A stretch of DNA of 64,000 nt from Eledone cirrhosa (Eukaryota), in assembly GCA_964016885.1 (NCBI GenBank), contig CAXHJY010000096.1, positions 62,001 to 126,000 of the forward strand, written 5' to 3'. This document shows positions 10,901-24,200 of this stretch, in pieces; position 1 is the first letter of the stretch, and every line of letters starts with the position of its first letter. Under the pieces are notes generated by a model. That model did not search any database. It was not told the origin of the DNA and worked only from the letters and a program-made list of their open reading frames with translations. The translations under genes and the position numbers were made by a program.

Positions 10901-13900
10901 AATTTGTTAAAAATAATCAGGGGGAGATAATTTGTAAAAAAATTCAAGGGGAGATAATTTCCAGCCGTCCAAGGGGAGATAATTTCCCGCCAGCCAAGGG
11001 AAGATAATATTTAAAAAAATTAGGCGGAGATAATTTGTAAAAAAAATCAGGGGGAGATAATTTGTAAAAAAATCAGGGGGAGATAATTTGTAAAAAAAAT
11101 CAGGGGGAGATAATTTGTAAAAAAAATCCAGGGGAGATAATTTCCAGCCGTCCAAGGGGAGATAATTTTCAGCCGTCCAAGGGGAGATAATTTCCCGCCA
11201 GCCAAGGGAAGATAATATTTAAAAAAATCAGGCGGAGATAATTTGTAAAAAAAATCAGGGGCAGATAATTTGTAAAAAATTCAGGGGGAGATAATTTGTA
11301 AAAAAAAAATCAGAGGGAGATAATTTGTAAAAAAAATCAGGGGGAGATAATTTGTAAAAAAAATCAGGGGGAGATAATTTGTAAAAAAAATGAAAGGGGA
11401 GATAATATCCAGCCGTCCAAGGGGAGATAATTTCCAGCCGTCCAAGGGGAGATAATTTCCAGCCGTCCAAGGGGAGATAATTTCCATCCTTCCAAGGGGA
11501 TATAATTTCCAGCCGTCCAAGGGGAGATAATTTCGAGCCAAGGGGAGATAATTTCCAGCCGTCCAAGGGGAGATAATTTTTTAAAAAATCAGGTGGAGAT
11601 AATTTGTAAAAAAAATCAGGGGGAGATAATTTGTAAAAAAAAATCAGGGGGAGATAATTTGTAAAAAAAAATCAGAGGGAGATAATTTGTTTAAAAAATC
11701 AAGGGGAGATAATTTGCAGCCGTCCAAGGGGAGATAATTTTCAGCCGTCCAAGGAGAGGTAATTTCTAGCCGTTCAAGGGGAGATAATTTCCAGCCGTCC
11801 AAGGGGAGATAATTTCCAGCCGTCCAAGGGGAGATAATTTTTTTTAAAAAATCAGGCGGAGATAATTTGTAAAAAAAAATCAGGGGGAGATAATTCGTAA
11901 AAAAAAATCAGGGGGAGATAATTTGTAAAAAAAATCAAGGAGAGATAATTTCCAGCCGTCCAAGGGGAGATAATTTCCAGCCGTCCAAGGAGACATATTT
12001 TCCAGCCGTCCAAGGCGAGGTAATTTCTAGCCGTCCAAGGGGAGATAAATTCCAGCCTCCAAGGGGAGATAATTTCCAGCCAGCCAAGTGGAGATAATTT
12101 GTAAAAAAATCAGGGGGAGATAATTTGTAAAAAATATCAGGGAGATAATTTGTAAAAAAAAATCAGGGGGAGATAATTTGTAAAAAAAATCAGGGGGAGA
12201 TAATTTGTAAAAAAAAATCAGGGGGAGATAATTTGTAAAAAAAATCAAGGGGTGATAATTTCCAGCCGTCCAAGGGGAGATAATTTTCAGCCGTCCAAGG
12301 GGAGATAATTTCCCGCCAGCCAAGGGAAGATAATTTCTAAAAAAATCAGGCGGAGATTGTAAAAAAAATCAGGGGGGAGATAATTTGTAAAAAAATCAGG
12401 GGGAGATAATTTGTAAAAAATAATCAGAGGGAGATAATTTGTAAAAAAATTCAAGGGGAGATAATTTCCAGCCGTCCAAGGGAAGATAATTTCCCGCCAG
12501 CCAAGGGAAGATAATATTTAAAAAAATTAGGCGGAGATAATTTGTAAAAAAAATCAGGGGGAGATAATTTGTAAAAAAATCAGGGGGAGATAATTTGTAA
12601 AAAAAATCAGGGGGAGATAATTTGTAAAAAAAATTATGGGGAGATAATTTGTAAAAAAAAATCAGGGGTAGATAATTTGTAAAAAAAAATCAGGGGTAGA
12701 TAATTTGTAAAAAAAAATCAGGGGGAGATAATTTGTAAAAAAAATCAAGGGGAGATAATATCCAGCCGTCCAAGGAGAGATAATTTTTAAAAAAAATGAG
12801 GCGGAGATAATTTGTAAAAAAAAAATCAGGGGGAGTTAATTTGTAAAAAAAAATGAGGGGGAGATAATTTGTAAAAAAAATCAAGGGGAGATAATTTCCA
12901 GCCGTCCAAGGGGAGATAATTTTCAGCCGTCCAAGGAGAGGTAATTTCTAGCCGTCGAAGGGGAGATAATTTCCAGCCGTCCAAGGGGAGGTCATTTCCA
13001 GCCGTCCAAGGGGAGATAATTTTTTAAAAAAAATCAGGCGGAGATAATTTGTAAAAAAAATCAAGGGGATATAATTTGCAGCCGTCCAAGGGGAGATAAT
13101 TTTCAGTCGTCCAAGGAGAGGTAATTTCTAGCCGTCCAAGGGGAGATAATTTCCAGCCGTCCAAGGGGAGATAATTTCCAGCCGTCCAAGGGGAGATAAT
13201 TTTTTTTAAAAAATCAGGCGGAGATAATTTGTAAAAAAAATCAGGGGGAGATAATTTGTAAAAAAAAATCAGGGGGAGATAATTTGTAAAAAAAATTAGG
13301 CGTAGATAATTTGTAAAAAAAAATCAGGGGGAGATAATTTGTAAAAAAAAATCAGGGGGAGATAATTTGTTTAAATAATCAAGGGGAGATAATTTGCAGC
13401 CGTCCAAGGGGAGATAATTTTCAGCCGTCCAAGGAGACGTAATTTCTAGCCGTTCAAGGGGAGATAATTTCCAGCCGTCCAAGGGGAGATAATTTCCAGC
13501 CGTCCAAGGGGAGATAATTTTTTTTAAAAAATCAGGCGGAGATAATTTGTAAAAAAAAATCAGGGGGAGATAATTCGTAAAAAAAAATCAGGGGGAGATA
13601 ATTTGTAAAAAAAAATCAGGGGGAGATAATTTGTAAAAAAAATCAAGGGGAGATAATTTCCAGCCGTCCAAGGGGAGGTAATATCTAGCCGTCCAAGGGG
13701 AGATAATTTCCAGCCGTCCAAGAGGAGATAATTTCCAGCCGTCCAAGGGGAGATAATTTCCAGCCGTCCAAGGAGACATATTTTCCAGCCGTCCAAGGCG
13801 AGGTAATTTCTAGCCGTCCAAGGGGAGATAAATTCCAGCCTCCAAGGGGAGATAATTTCCAGCCAGCCAAGTGGAGATAATTTGTAAAAAAATCAGGGGG

Positions 13901-15320
13901 AGATAATTTGTAAAAAATATGAGGGAGATAATTTGTAAAAAAAAATCAGGGGGAGATAATTTGTAAAAAAAATCAGGGGGAGATAATTTGTAAAAAAAAA
14001 TCAGGGGGAGATAATTTGTAAAAAAAATCAAGGGGAGATAATTTCCAGCCGTCCAAGGGGAGATAATTTTCAGCCGTCCAAGGGGAGATAATTTCCCGCC
14101 AGCCAAGGGAAGATAATATTTAAAAAAATCAGGCGGAGATAATTTGTAAAAAAAATCAGGGGGAGATAATTTGTAAAAAAATCAGGGGGAGATAATTTGT
14201 AAAAAAAAAATCAGGGGGAGATAATTTGTAAAAAAAATCAGGGGGAGATAATTTGTAAAAAAAAATCAGGGGTAGATAATTTGTAAAAAAAAATCAGGGG
14301 GAGATAATTTGTAAAAAAAAATCAGGGGGAGATAATTTGTAAAAAAAATGAAAGGGGAGATAATATCCAGCCGTCCAAGGGGAGATAATTTCCAGCCGTC
14401 CAAGGGGAGATAATTTCCAGCCGTCCAAGGGGAGATAATTTCCATCCTTCCAAGGGGATATAATTTCCAGCCGTCCAAGGGGAGATAATTTCCCGCCAGC
14501 CAAGGGAAGATAATTTTTAAAAAAATCAGGCGGAGATTGTAAAAAAAATCAGGGGGGAGATAATTTGTAAAAAAATCAGGGGGAGATAATTTGTTAAAAA
14601 TAATCAGGGGGAGATAATTTGTAAAAAAATTCAAGGGGAGATAATTTCCAGCCGTCCAAGGGGAGATAATTTCCCGCCAGCCAAGGGAAGATAATATTTA
14701 AAAAAATTAGGCGGAGATAATTTGTAAAAAAAATCAGGGGGAGATAATTTGTAAAAAAATCAGGGGGAGATAATTTGTAAAAAAAATCAGGGGGAGATAA
14801 TTTGTAAAAAAAATCCAGGGGAGATAATTTCCAGCCGTCCAAGGGGAGATAATTTTCAGCCGTCCAAGGGGAGATAATTTCCCGCCAGCCAAGGGAAGAT
14901 AATATTTAAAAAAATCAGGCGGAGATAATTTGTAAAAAAAATCAGGGGGAGATAATTTGTAAAAAATTCAGGGGGAGATAATTTGTAAAAAAAAAATCAG
15001 AGGGAGATAATTTGTAAAAAAAATCAGGGGGAGATAATTTGTAAAAAAAATCAGGGGGAGATAATTTGTAAAAAAAATGAAAGGGGAGATAATATCCAGC
15101 CGTCCAAGGGGAGATAATTTCCAGCCGTCCAAGGGGAGATAATTTCCAGCCGTCCAAGGGGAGATAATTTCCATCCTTCCAAGGGGATATAATTTCCAGC
15201 CGTCCAAGGGGAGATAATTTCGAGCCAAGGGGAGATAATTTCCAGCCGTCCAAGGGGAGATAATTTTTTAAAAAATCAGGTGGAGATAATTTGTAAAAAA
15301 AATCAGGGGGAGATAATTTG
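7937..15320 (+). repeat. Near-perfect tandem duplication, 2 x 3,687 bp (junction about 11625-11640)
   Basis: Constant offset 3687 across the ORF track (8340/12027, 9003/12690, 9873/13560, 10579/14266, 11281/14968) and for rare variants (ATCAGAGGG 7984/11671; AGGTGG 11591/15278). Confidence 0.93.
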
Positions 15321-16259
15321 TAAAAACAAAATCAAGGGCAGATAATTTCCAGCTGTCCAAGGGGAGATAATTTCCAGCCGTCCAAGGGGAGATAATTTCC
15401 AGCCGTCCAAGGGGAGATAATTTCCATCCTTCCAAGGGGATATAATTTCCAGCCGTCCAAGGGGAGATAATTTCCCGCCAGCCAAGGGAAGATGATTTTT
15501 AAAAAAATCAGGCGGAGATTGTAAAAAAAATCAGGGGGGGAGATAATTTGTAAAAAAATCAGGGGGAGATAATTTGTAAAAAAAAAATCAGGGGGAGATA
15601 ATTTGTAAAAAAAAATCAGGGGGAGATAATTTGTGAAAAAAAAATCAGGGGGAGATAATTTGTAAAAAAATTAGGCGTAGATAATTTGTAAAAAAAAATC
15701 AGGGGGAGATAATTTGTAAAAAAAAATCAGGGGGAGATAATTTGTTTAAAAAATCAAGGGGAGATAATTTGCAGCCGTCCAAGGGGAGATAATTTTCAGC
15801 CGTCCAAGGAGAGGTAATTTCTAGCCGTTCAAGGGGAGATAATTTCCAGCCGTCCAAGGGGAAATAATTTCCAGCCGTCCAAGGGGAGATAATTTTTTTA
15901 AAAAAATCAGGCGGAGATAATTTGTAAAAAAAATCAGGGGGAGATAATTCGTAAAAAAAAATCAGGGGGAGATAATTTGTAAAAAAAAATCAGGGGGAGA
16001 TAATTTGTAAAAAAAATCAAGGGGAGATAATTTCCAGCCGTCCAAGGGGAGGTAATATCTAGCCGTCCAAGGGGAGATAATTTTTAAAAAAAAATCAGGC
16101 GGAGATAATTTGTAAAAAAAATCAAGGGGAGATAATTTGCAGCCGTCCAAGGGGAGATAATTTTCAGTCGTCCAAGGAGAGGTAATTTCTAGCCGTCCAA
16201 GGGGAGATAATTTCCAGCCGTCCAAGGGGAGATAATTTCCAGCCGTCCAAGGGGAGATA

Positions 16260-17720
16260 ATTTTTTTTTAAAAATCAGGGGAGATAATTTGTAAAAAAAA
16301 TCAGGGGGAGATAATTTTTTAAAAAAAATCAGGGGGAGATAATTTGTAAAAAAAATTAGGCGTAGATAATTTGTAAAAAATAATCAGGGGGACATAATTT
16401 GTAAAAAAAAATCAGGGGGAGATAATTTGTTTAAAAAATCAAGGGGAGATAATTTGCAGCCGTCCAAGGGGAGATAATTTTCAGCCGTCCAAGGAGAGGT
16501 AATTTCTAGCCGTTCAAGGGGAGATAATTTCCAGCCGTCCAAGGGGAGATAATTTTCAGTCGTCCAAGGAGAGGTAATTTCTAGCCGTCCAAGGGGAGAT
16601 AATTTCCAGCCGTCCAAGGGGAGATAATTTCCAGCCGTCCAAGGGGAGATAATTTTTTTTTAAAAAATCAGGGGGAGATAATTTGTAAAAAAAATCAGGG
16701 GGAGATAATTTGTAAAAAAAAATCAGGGGGAGATAATTTGTAAAAAAAATTAGGCGTAGATAATTTGTAAAAAAAAATCAGGGGGACATAATTTGTAAAA
16801 AAAAATCAGGGGGAGATAATTTGTTTAAAAAATCAAGGGGAGATAATTTTCAGCCGTCCAAGGAGAGGTAATTTCTAGCCGTTCAAGGGGAGATAATTTC
16901 CAGCCGTCCAAGGGGAGATAATTTTCAGTCGTCCAAGGAGAGGTAATTTCTAGCCGTCCAAGGGGAGATAATTTCCAGCCGTCCAAGGGGAGATAATTTC
17001 CAGCCGTCCAAGGGGAGATAATTTTTTTTAAAAAAATCAGGGGGAGATAATTTGTAAAAAAAATGAGGGGGAGATAATTTGTAAAAAAAAATCAGGGGGA
17101 GATAATTTGTAAAAAAAATTAGGCGTAGATAATTTGTAAAAAAAAATCAGGGGGACATAATTTGTAAAAAAAAATCAGGGGGAGATAATTTGTTTAAAAA
17201 ATCAAGGGGAGATAATTTGCAGCCGACCAAGGGGAGATAATTTTCAGCCGTCCAAGGAGAGGTAATTTCTAGCCGTTCAAGGGGAGATAATTTCCAGCCG
17301 TCCAAGGGGAGATAATTTCTAGCCGTCCAAGGGGAGATAATTTCCAGCCGTCCAAGGGGAGATAATTTCCAGCCGTCCAAGGGGAGATAATTTTTTTTTA
17401 AAAAATCAGGGGGAGATAATTTGTAAAAAAAATCAGGGGGAGATAATTTGTAAAAAAAAATCAGGGGGAGATAATTTGTAAAAAAAATTAGGCGTAGATA
17501 ATTTGTAAAAAAAAATCAGGGGGACATAATTTGTAAAAAAAAATCAGGGGGAGATAATTTGTTTAAAAAATAAAGGGGAGATAATTTGCAGCCGTCTAAG
17601 GGGAGATAATTTTCAGCCGTCCAAGGAGAGGTAATTTCTAGCCGTTCAAGGGGAGATAATTTCCAGCCGTCCAAGGGGAGATAATTTCCAGCCGTTCAAG
17701 GGGAGATAATTTTTTTAAAA
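16260..17720 (+). repeat. Local array of four ~370-395-bp modules (second copy at about 33640-35100)
   Basis: The TTAGGCGTAG marker followed by the GGGGGACATA variant occurs at about 16358, 16752, 17121 and 17490 (spacing 394, 369, 369), and again at +17380. Confidence 0.88.
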
Positions 17721-20700
17721 AAATCAGGCGGAGATAATTTGTAAAAAAAAATCAGGGGGAGATAATTCGTAAAAAAAAATCAGGGGGAGATAATTTGTAA
17801 AAAAAAATCAGGGGGAGATAATTTGTAAAAAAAATCAAGGGGAGATAATTTCCAGCCGTCCAAGGGGAGGTAATATCTAGCCGTCCAAGGGGAGATAATT
17901 TCCAGCCGTCCAAGGGGAGATAATTTCCAGCCGTCCAAGGGGAGATAATTTCCAGCCGTCCAAGGAGACATATTTTCCAGCCGTCCAAGGCGAGGTAATT
18001 TCTAGCCGTCCAAGGGGAGATAAATTCCAGCCTCCAAGGGGAGATAATTTCCAGCCAGCCAAGGGGAGATAATTTGTAAAAAAACCAGGGGGAGATAATT
18101 TGTAAAAAATATCAGGGAGATAATTTGTAAAAAAAAATCAGGGGGAGATAATTTGTAAAAAAAATCAGGGGGAGATAATTTGTAAAAAAAAATCAGGGGG
18201 ACATAATTTGTAAAAAAAATCAAGGGGAGATAATTTCCAGCCGTCCAAGGGGAGATAATTTTCAGCCGTCCAAGGAGAGGTAATTTCTAGCCGTCCGAGG
18301 AGAGAAAATTTCCAGCCGTCCAAGGGGAGATAATTTCCAGCCGTCCAAGGGGAGATAATTTCCAGCCGTCCAAGGAGACATATTTTCCAGCCGTCCAAGG
18401 AGAGGTAATTTCTAGCCGTCCAAGGGGAGATAAATTCCAGCCTCCAAGGGGAGATAATTTCCTGCCAGCCAAGGGGAGATAATTTGTAAAAAAATCAGGG
18501 GGAGATAATTTGCAAAAAAAATCAGGGGGAGATAATTTGTAAAAAAAAATCAGGGGGAGATAATTTGTAAAAAATAATCATGGGGAGATAATTTCCAGCC
18601 GTCCAAGGGGAGATAATTTTCAGCCGTCCAAGGGGAGATAATTTCCCGCCAGCCAAGGGAAGATAATATTTAAAAAAATTAGGCGGAGATAATTTGTAAA
18701 AAAATCAGGGGGAGATAATTTGTAAAAAAAATCAGGGGGAGATAATTTGTAAAAAAATATCAGGGGTAGATAATTTGTAAAAAAAATCAGGGGGAGATAA
18801 TTTGTAAAAAAAAATCAGGGGGAGATAATTTGTAAAAGAAATCAAGGGGAGATAATTTCCAGCCGTCCAAGGAGAGATAATTTAAAAAAAAAATCAGGCG
18901 GAGATAATTTGTAAAAAAAAATCAGGGGGAGATAATTTGTAAAAAAAAATCAGGGGGAGATAATTTGTAAAAAAAAATCAAGGGGAGATAATTTCCAGTC
19001 GTCCAAGGGGAGATAATTTTCAGCCGTCCAAGGGGAGATAATTTCCCGCCAGCCAAGGGAAGATAATATTTAAAAAAATCAGGCGGAGATAATTTGGAAA
19101 AAAATCAGGGGGAGATAATTTGTAAAAAAAAAATCAGGGGGAGATAATTTGTAAAAAAAATCAGGGGGAGATAATTTGTAAGAAAAAATCAGGGGTAGAT
19201 AATTTGTAAAAAAAAATCAGGGGCAGATAATTTGTAAAAAAAAATCAGGGGGAGATAATTTGTAAAAAAAATGAAAGGGGAGATAATATCCAGCCGTCCA
19301 AGGGGAGATAATTTCCAGCCGTCCAAGGGGAGATAATTTCCAGCCGTCCAAGGGGAGATAATTTCCATCCTTCCAAGGGGATATAATTTCCAGCCGTTCA
19401 AGGGAAGATAATTTCCCGCCAGCCAAGGGAAGATAATTTTTAAAAAAATCAGGCGGAGATTGTAAAAAAAATCAGGGGGGAGATAATTTGTAAAAAAATC
19501 AGGGGGAGATAATTTGTAAAAAAAAATCAGGGGGAGATAATTTGTAAAAAATAATCAGGGGGAGATAATTTGTAAAAAAAAATCAAGGGGAGATAATTTC
19601 CAGCCGTCCAAGGGGAGATAATTTCCCGCCAGCCAAGGGAAGATAATATTTTAAAAAATTAGGCGGAGATAATTTGTAAAAAAATCAGGGGGAGATAATT
19701 TGTAAAAAAATCAGGGGGAGATAATTTGTAAAAAAAATCAGGGGGAGATAATTTGTAAAAAAAATCATGGGGAGATAATTTGTAAAAAAAAATCAGGGGT
19801 AGATAATTTGTAAAAAAAATCAAGGGGAGATAATTTCCAGCCGTCCAAGGAGAGATAATTTAAAAAAAAATCAGGCGGAGATAATTTGTAAAAAAAAATC
19901 AGGGGGAGATAATTTGTAAAAAATAATCAGGGGGAGATAATTTCCAGCCGTCCAAGGGGAGATAATTTTCAGCCGTCCAAGGGGAGATAATTTCCCGCCA
20001 GCCAAGGGAAGATAATATTTAAAAAAATTAGGCGGAGATAATTTGTAAAAAAAATCAGGGGGAGATAATTTGTAAAAAAAATCAGGGGGAGATAATTTGT
20101 AAAAAAAATCAGGGGTAGATAATTTGTAAAAAAAAATCAGGGGGAGATAATTTGTAAAAAAAAATCAGGGGGAGATAATTTGTAAAAAAAATCAAGGGGA
20201 GATAATTTCCAGCCGTCCAAGGGGAGATAATTTCCATCCTTCCAAGGGGATATAATTTCCAGCCGTCCAAGGGGAGATAATTTCCATCCTTCCAAGGGGA
20301 TATAATTTCCAGCCGTCCAAGGGGAGATAATTTCCCGCCAGCCAAGGGAAGATAATATTTAAAAAAATTAGGCGGAGATAATTTGTAAAAAAATCAGGGG
20401 GAGATAATTTGTAAAAAAAATCAGGGGGAGATAATTTGTAAAAAAATATCAGGGGTAGATAATTTGTAAAAAAAATCAGGGGGAGATTATTTGTAAAAAA
20501 AAATCAGGGGGAGATAATTTGTAAAAGAAATCAAGGGCAGATAATTTCCAGCCGTCCAAGGAGAGATAATTTTAAAAAAAAATCAGGCGGAGATAATTTG
20601 TAAAAAAAAATCAGGGGGAGATAATTTGTAAAAAAAAATCAGGGGGAGATAATTTGTAAAAAAAAATCAAGGGGAGATAATTTCCAGTCGTCCAAGGGGA

Positions 20701-21205
20701 GATAATTTTCAGCCGTCCAAGGGGAGATAATTTCCCGCCAGCCAAGGGAAGATAATATTTAAAAAAATCAGGCGGAGATAATTTGGAAAAAAATCAGGGG
20801 GAGATAATTTGTAAAAAAAAAATCAGGGGGAGATAATTTGTAAAAAAAATCAGGGGGAGATAATTTGTAAGAAAAAATCAGGGGTAGATAATTTGTAAAA
20901 AAAAATCAGGGGGAGATAATTTGTAAAAAAAATTAAGGGGAGATAATTTCCAGCCGTCGAAGGGAAGATAATTTCCAGCCCTCCAAGGGGCTATAATTTC
21001 CAGCGTCCAAGGGGAGATAATTTCCAGCCAGCGAAGGGGAGATAATTTTTTTTAAAAAATCATTGGGAGATTTGTAAAAAAATCAGGGGGAGATAATTTG
21101 TAAAAAAAATCAAGGAGAGATAATTTCCAGCCGTCCAAGGGGAGGTAATATCTAGCCGTCCAAGGGGAGATAATTTCCAGCCGTCCAAGGGGAGATAATT
21201 TCCAG

Positions 21206-24200
21206 CCGTCCAAGGGTAGATAATATCCAGCCGTCCAAGGACATATTTTCCAGCCGTCCAAGGAGAGGTAATTTCTAGCCGTCCAAGGGGAGATAAATTC
21301 CAGCCTCCAAGGGGAGATAATTTCCAGCCAGCCAAGGGGAGATAATTTGTAAAAAAATCAGGGGGAGATAATTTGTAAAAAAAAATCAGGGGGAGATAAT
21401 TTGTAAAAAAAAATCAGGGGGAGATAATTTGTAAAAAAAAATCAGGGGGAGATAATTTGTAAAAAAAATCAGGGGGAGATAATTTGTAAAAAAAATCAGG
21501 GGTAGATAATTTGTAAAAAAAAATCAGGGGGAGATAATTTGTAAAAAAAAATCAGGGGGAGATAATTTGTAAAAAAAATCAAGGGGAGATAATTTCCAGC
21601 CGTCCAAGGAGAGATAATTTAAAAAAAAATCAGGCGGAGATAATTTGTAAAAAAAAATCAGGGGGAGATAATTTGTAAAAAAAAATCAGGGGGAGATAAT
21701 TTGTAAAAAAAATCAAGGGGAGATAATTTCCAGCCGTCCAAGGGGAGATAATTTTCAGCCGTCCAAGGGGAGATAATTTCCCGCCAGCCAAGGGAAGATA
21801 ATATTTAAAAAAATCAGGCGGAGATAATTTATAAAAAAAATCAGGGGGAGATAATTTGTAAAAAAATCAGGGGGAGATAATTTGTAAAAAAAAAATCAGG
21901 GGGAGATAATTTGTAAAAAAAATCAGGGGGAGATAATTTGTAAAAAAAAATCAGGGGTAGATAATTTGTAAAAAAAAATCAGGGGGAGATAATTTGTAAA
22001 AAAAATCAGGGGGAGATAATTTGTAAAAAAAAATCAGGGGTAGATAATTTGTAAAAAAAAATCAGGGGGAGATAATTTGTAAAAAAAATCAAGGGGAGAT
22101 AATTTCCAGCCGTCCAAGGGAAGATAATTTCCAGCCCTCCAAGGGGCTATAATTTCCAGCGTCCAAGGGGAGATAATTTCCAGCCAGCGAAGGGGAGATA
22201 ATTTTTTTTAAAATATCATTGGGAGATTTGTAAAAAAAATCAGGGGGAGATAATTTGTAAAAAAAATCAAGGGGAGATAATTTCCAGCCGTCCAAGGGGA
22301 GGTAATATCTAGCCGTCCAAGGGGAGATAATTTCCAGCCGTCCAAGGGGAGATAATTTCCAGCCGTCCAAGGGTAGATAATATCCAGCCGTCCAAGGACA
22401 TATTTTCCAGCCGTCCAAGGAGAGGTAATTTCTAGCCGTCCAAGGGGAGATAAATTCCAGCCTCCAAGGGGAGATAATTTCCAGCCAGCCAAGGGGAGAT
22501 AATTTGTAAAAAAATCAGGGGGAGATAATTTGTAAAAAAAATCAGGGGGAGATAATTTGTAAAAAAAAATCAGGGGGAGATAATTTGTAAAAAAAAATCA
22601 GGGGGAGATAATTTGTAAAAAAAAATCAGGGGGAGATAATTTGTAAAAAAAATCAAGGGGAGATAATTTCCAGCCGTCCAAGGGGAGATAATTTTCAGCC
22701 GTCCAAGGGGAGATAATTTCCCGCCAGCCAAGGGAAGATAATATTTAAAAAAATCAGGCGGAGATAATTTGTAAAAAAAATCAGGGGGAGATAATTTGTA
22801 AAAAATTCAGGGGGAGATAATTTGTAAAAAAAAAATCAGGGGGAGATAATTTGTAAAAAAAATCAGGGGGAGATAATTTGTAAAAAAAAATCAGGGGTAG
22901 ATAATTTGTAAAAAAAATCAGGGGGAGATAATTTGTAAAAAAAATGAAAGGGGAGATAATATCCAGCCGTCCAAGGGGAGATAATTTCCAGCCGTCCAAG
23001 GGGAGATAATTTCCAGCCGTCCAAGGGGAGATAATTTCCATCCTTCCAAGGGGATATAATTTCCAGCCGTCCAAGGGGAGATAATTTCCCGCCAGCCAAG
23101 GGAAGATAATTTTTTAAAAAATCAGGCGGAGATTGTAAAAAAAATCAGGGGGGAGATAATTTGTAAAAAAATCAGGGGGAGATAATTTGTAAAAAAAAAT
23201 CAGGGGGAGATAATTTGTAAAAAATAATCAGGGGGAGATAATTTGTAAAAAAAAATCAAGGGGAGATAATTTCTAGCCGTCCAAGGGGAGATAATTTCCA
23301 TCCTTCCAAGGGGATATAATTTCCAGCCGTCCAAGGGGAGATAATTTCCCGCCAGCCAAGGGAAGATAATATTTAAAAAAATTAGGCGGAGATAATTTGT
23401 AAAAAAATCAGGGGGAGATAATTTGTAAAAAAAATCAGGGGGAGATAATTTGTAAAAAAATATCAGGGGTAGATAATTTGTAAAAAAAATCAGGGGGAGA
23501 TTATTTGTAAAAAAAAATCAGGGGGAGATAATTTGTAAAAGAAATCAAGGGGAGATAATTTCCAGCCGTCCAAGGAGAGATAATTTAAAAAAAAAATCAG
23601 GCGGAGATAATTTGTAAAAAAAAATCAGGGGGAGATAATTTGTAAAAAAAAATCAGGGGGAGATAATTTGTAAAAAAAAATCAAGGGGAGATAATTTTCA
23701 GCCGTCCAAGGGGAGATAATTTCCCGCCAGCCAAGGGAAGATAATATTTAAAAAAATTAGGCGGAGATAATTTGTAAAAAAATCAGGGGGAGATAATTTG
23801 TAAAAAAAATCAGGGGGAGATAATTTGTAAAAAAATATCAGGGGTAGATAATTTGTAAAAAAAATCAGGGGGAGATAATTTCCAGCCGTCCAAGGGGAGA
23901 TAATTTCCATCCTTCCAAGGGGATATAATTTCCAGCCGTCCAAGGGGAGATAATTTCCCGCCAGCCAAGGGAAGATAATATTTAAAAAAATTAGGCGGAG
24001 ATAATTTGTAAAAAAATCAGGGGGAGATAATTTGTAAAAAAAATCAGGGGGAGATAATTTGTAAAAAAATATCAGGGGTAGATAATTTGTAAAAAAAATC
24101 AGGGGGAGATTATTTGTAAAAAAAAATCAGGGGGAGATAATTTGTAAAAGAAATCAAGGGGAGATAATTTCCAGCCGTCCAAGGAGAGATAATTTTAAAA

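Larger units (their letters stand above)
1..21205 (+). repeat. Higher-order super-unit copy 1 (21,205 bp; start phase arbitrary; contains an internal 3,687-bp duplication)
   Basis: The sequence at position 1 recurs at 21206. Identical ORF translations sit at constant offset 21205 (884/22089, 1576/22781, 2493/23698, 3243/24448, 3952/25157, 5139/26344, 6868/28073, 8340/29545). Confidence 0.9.
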
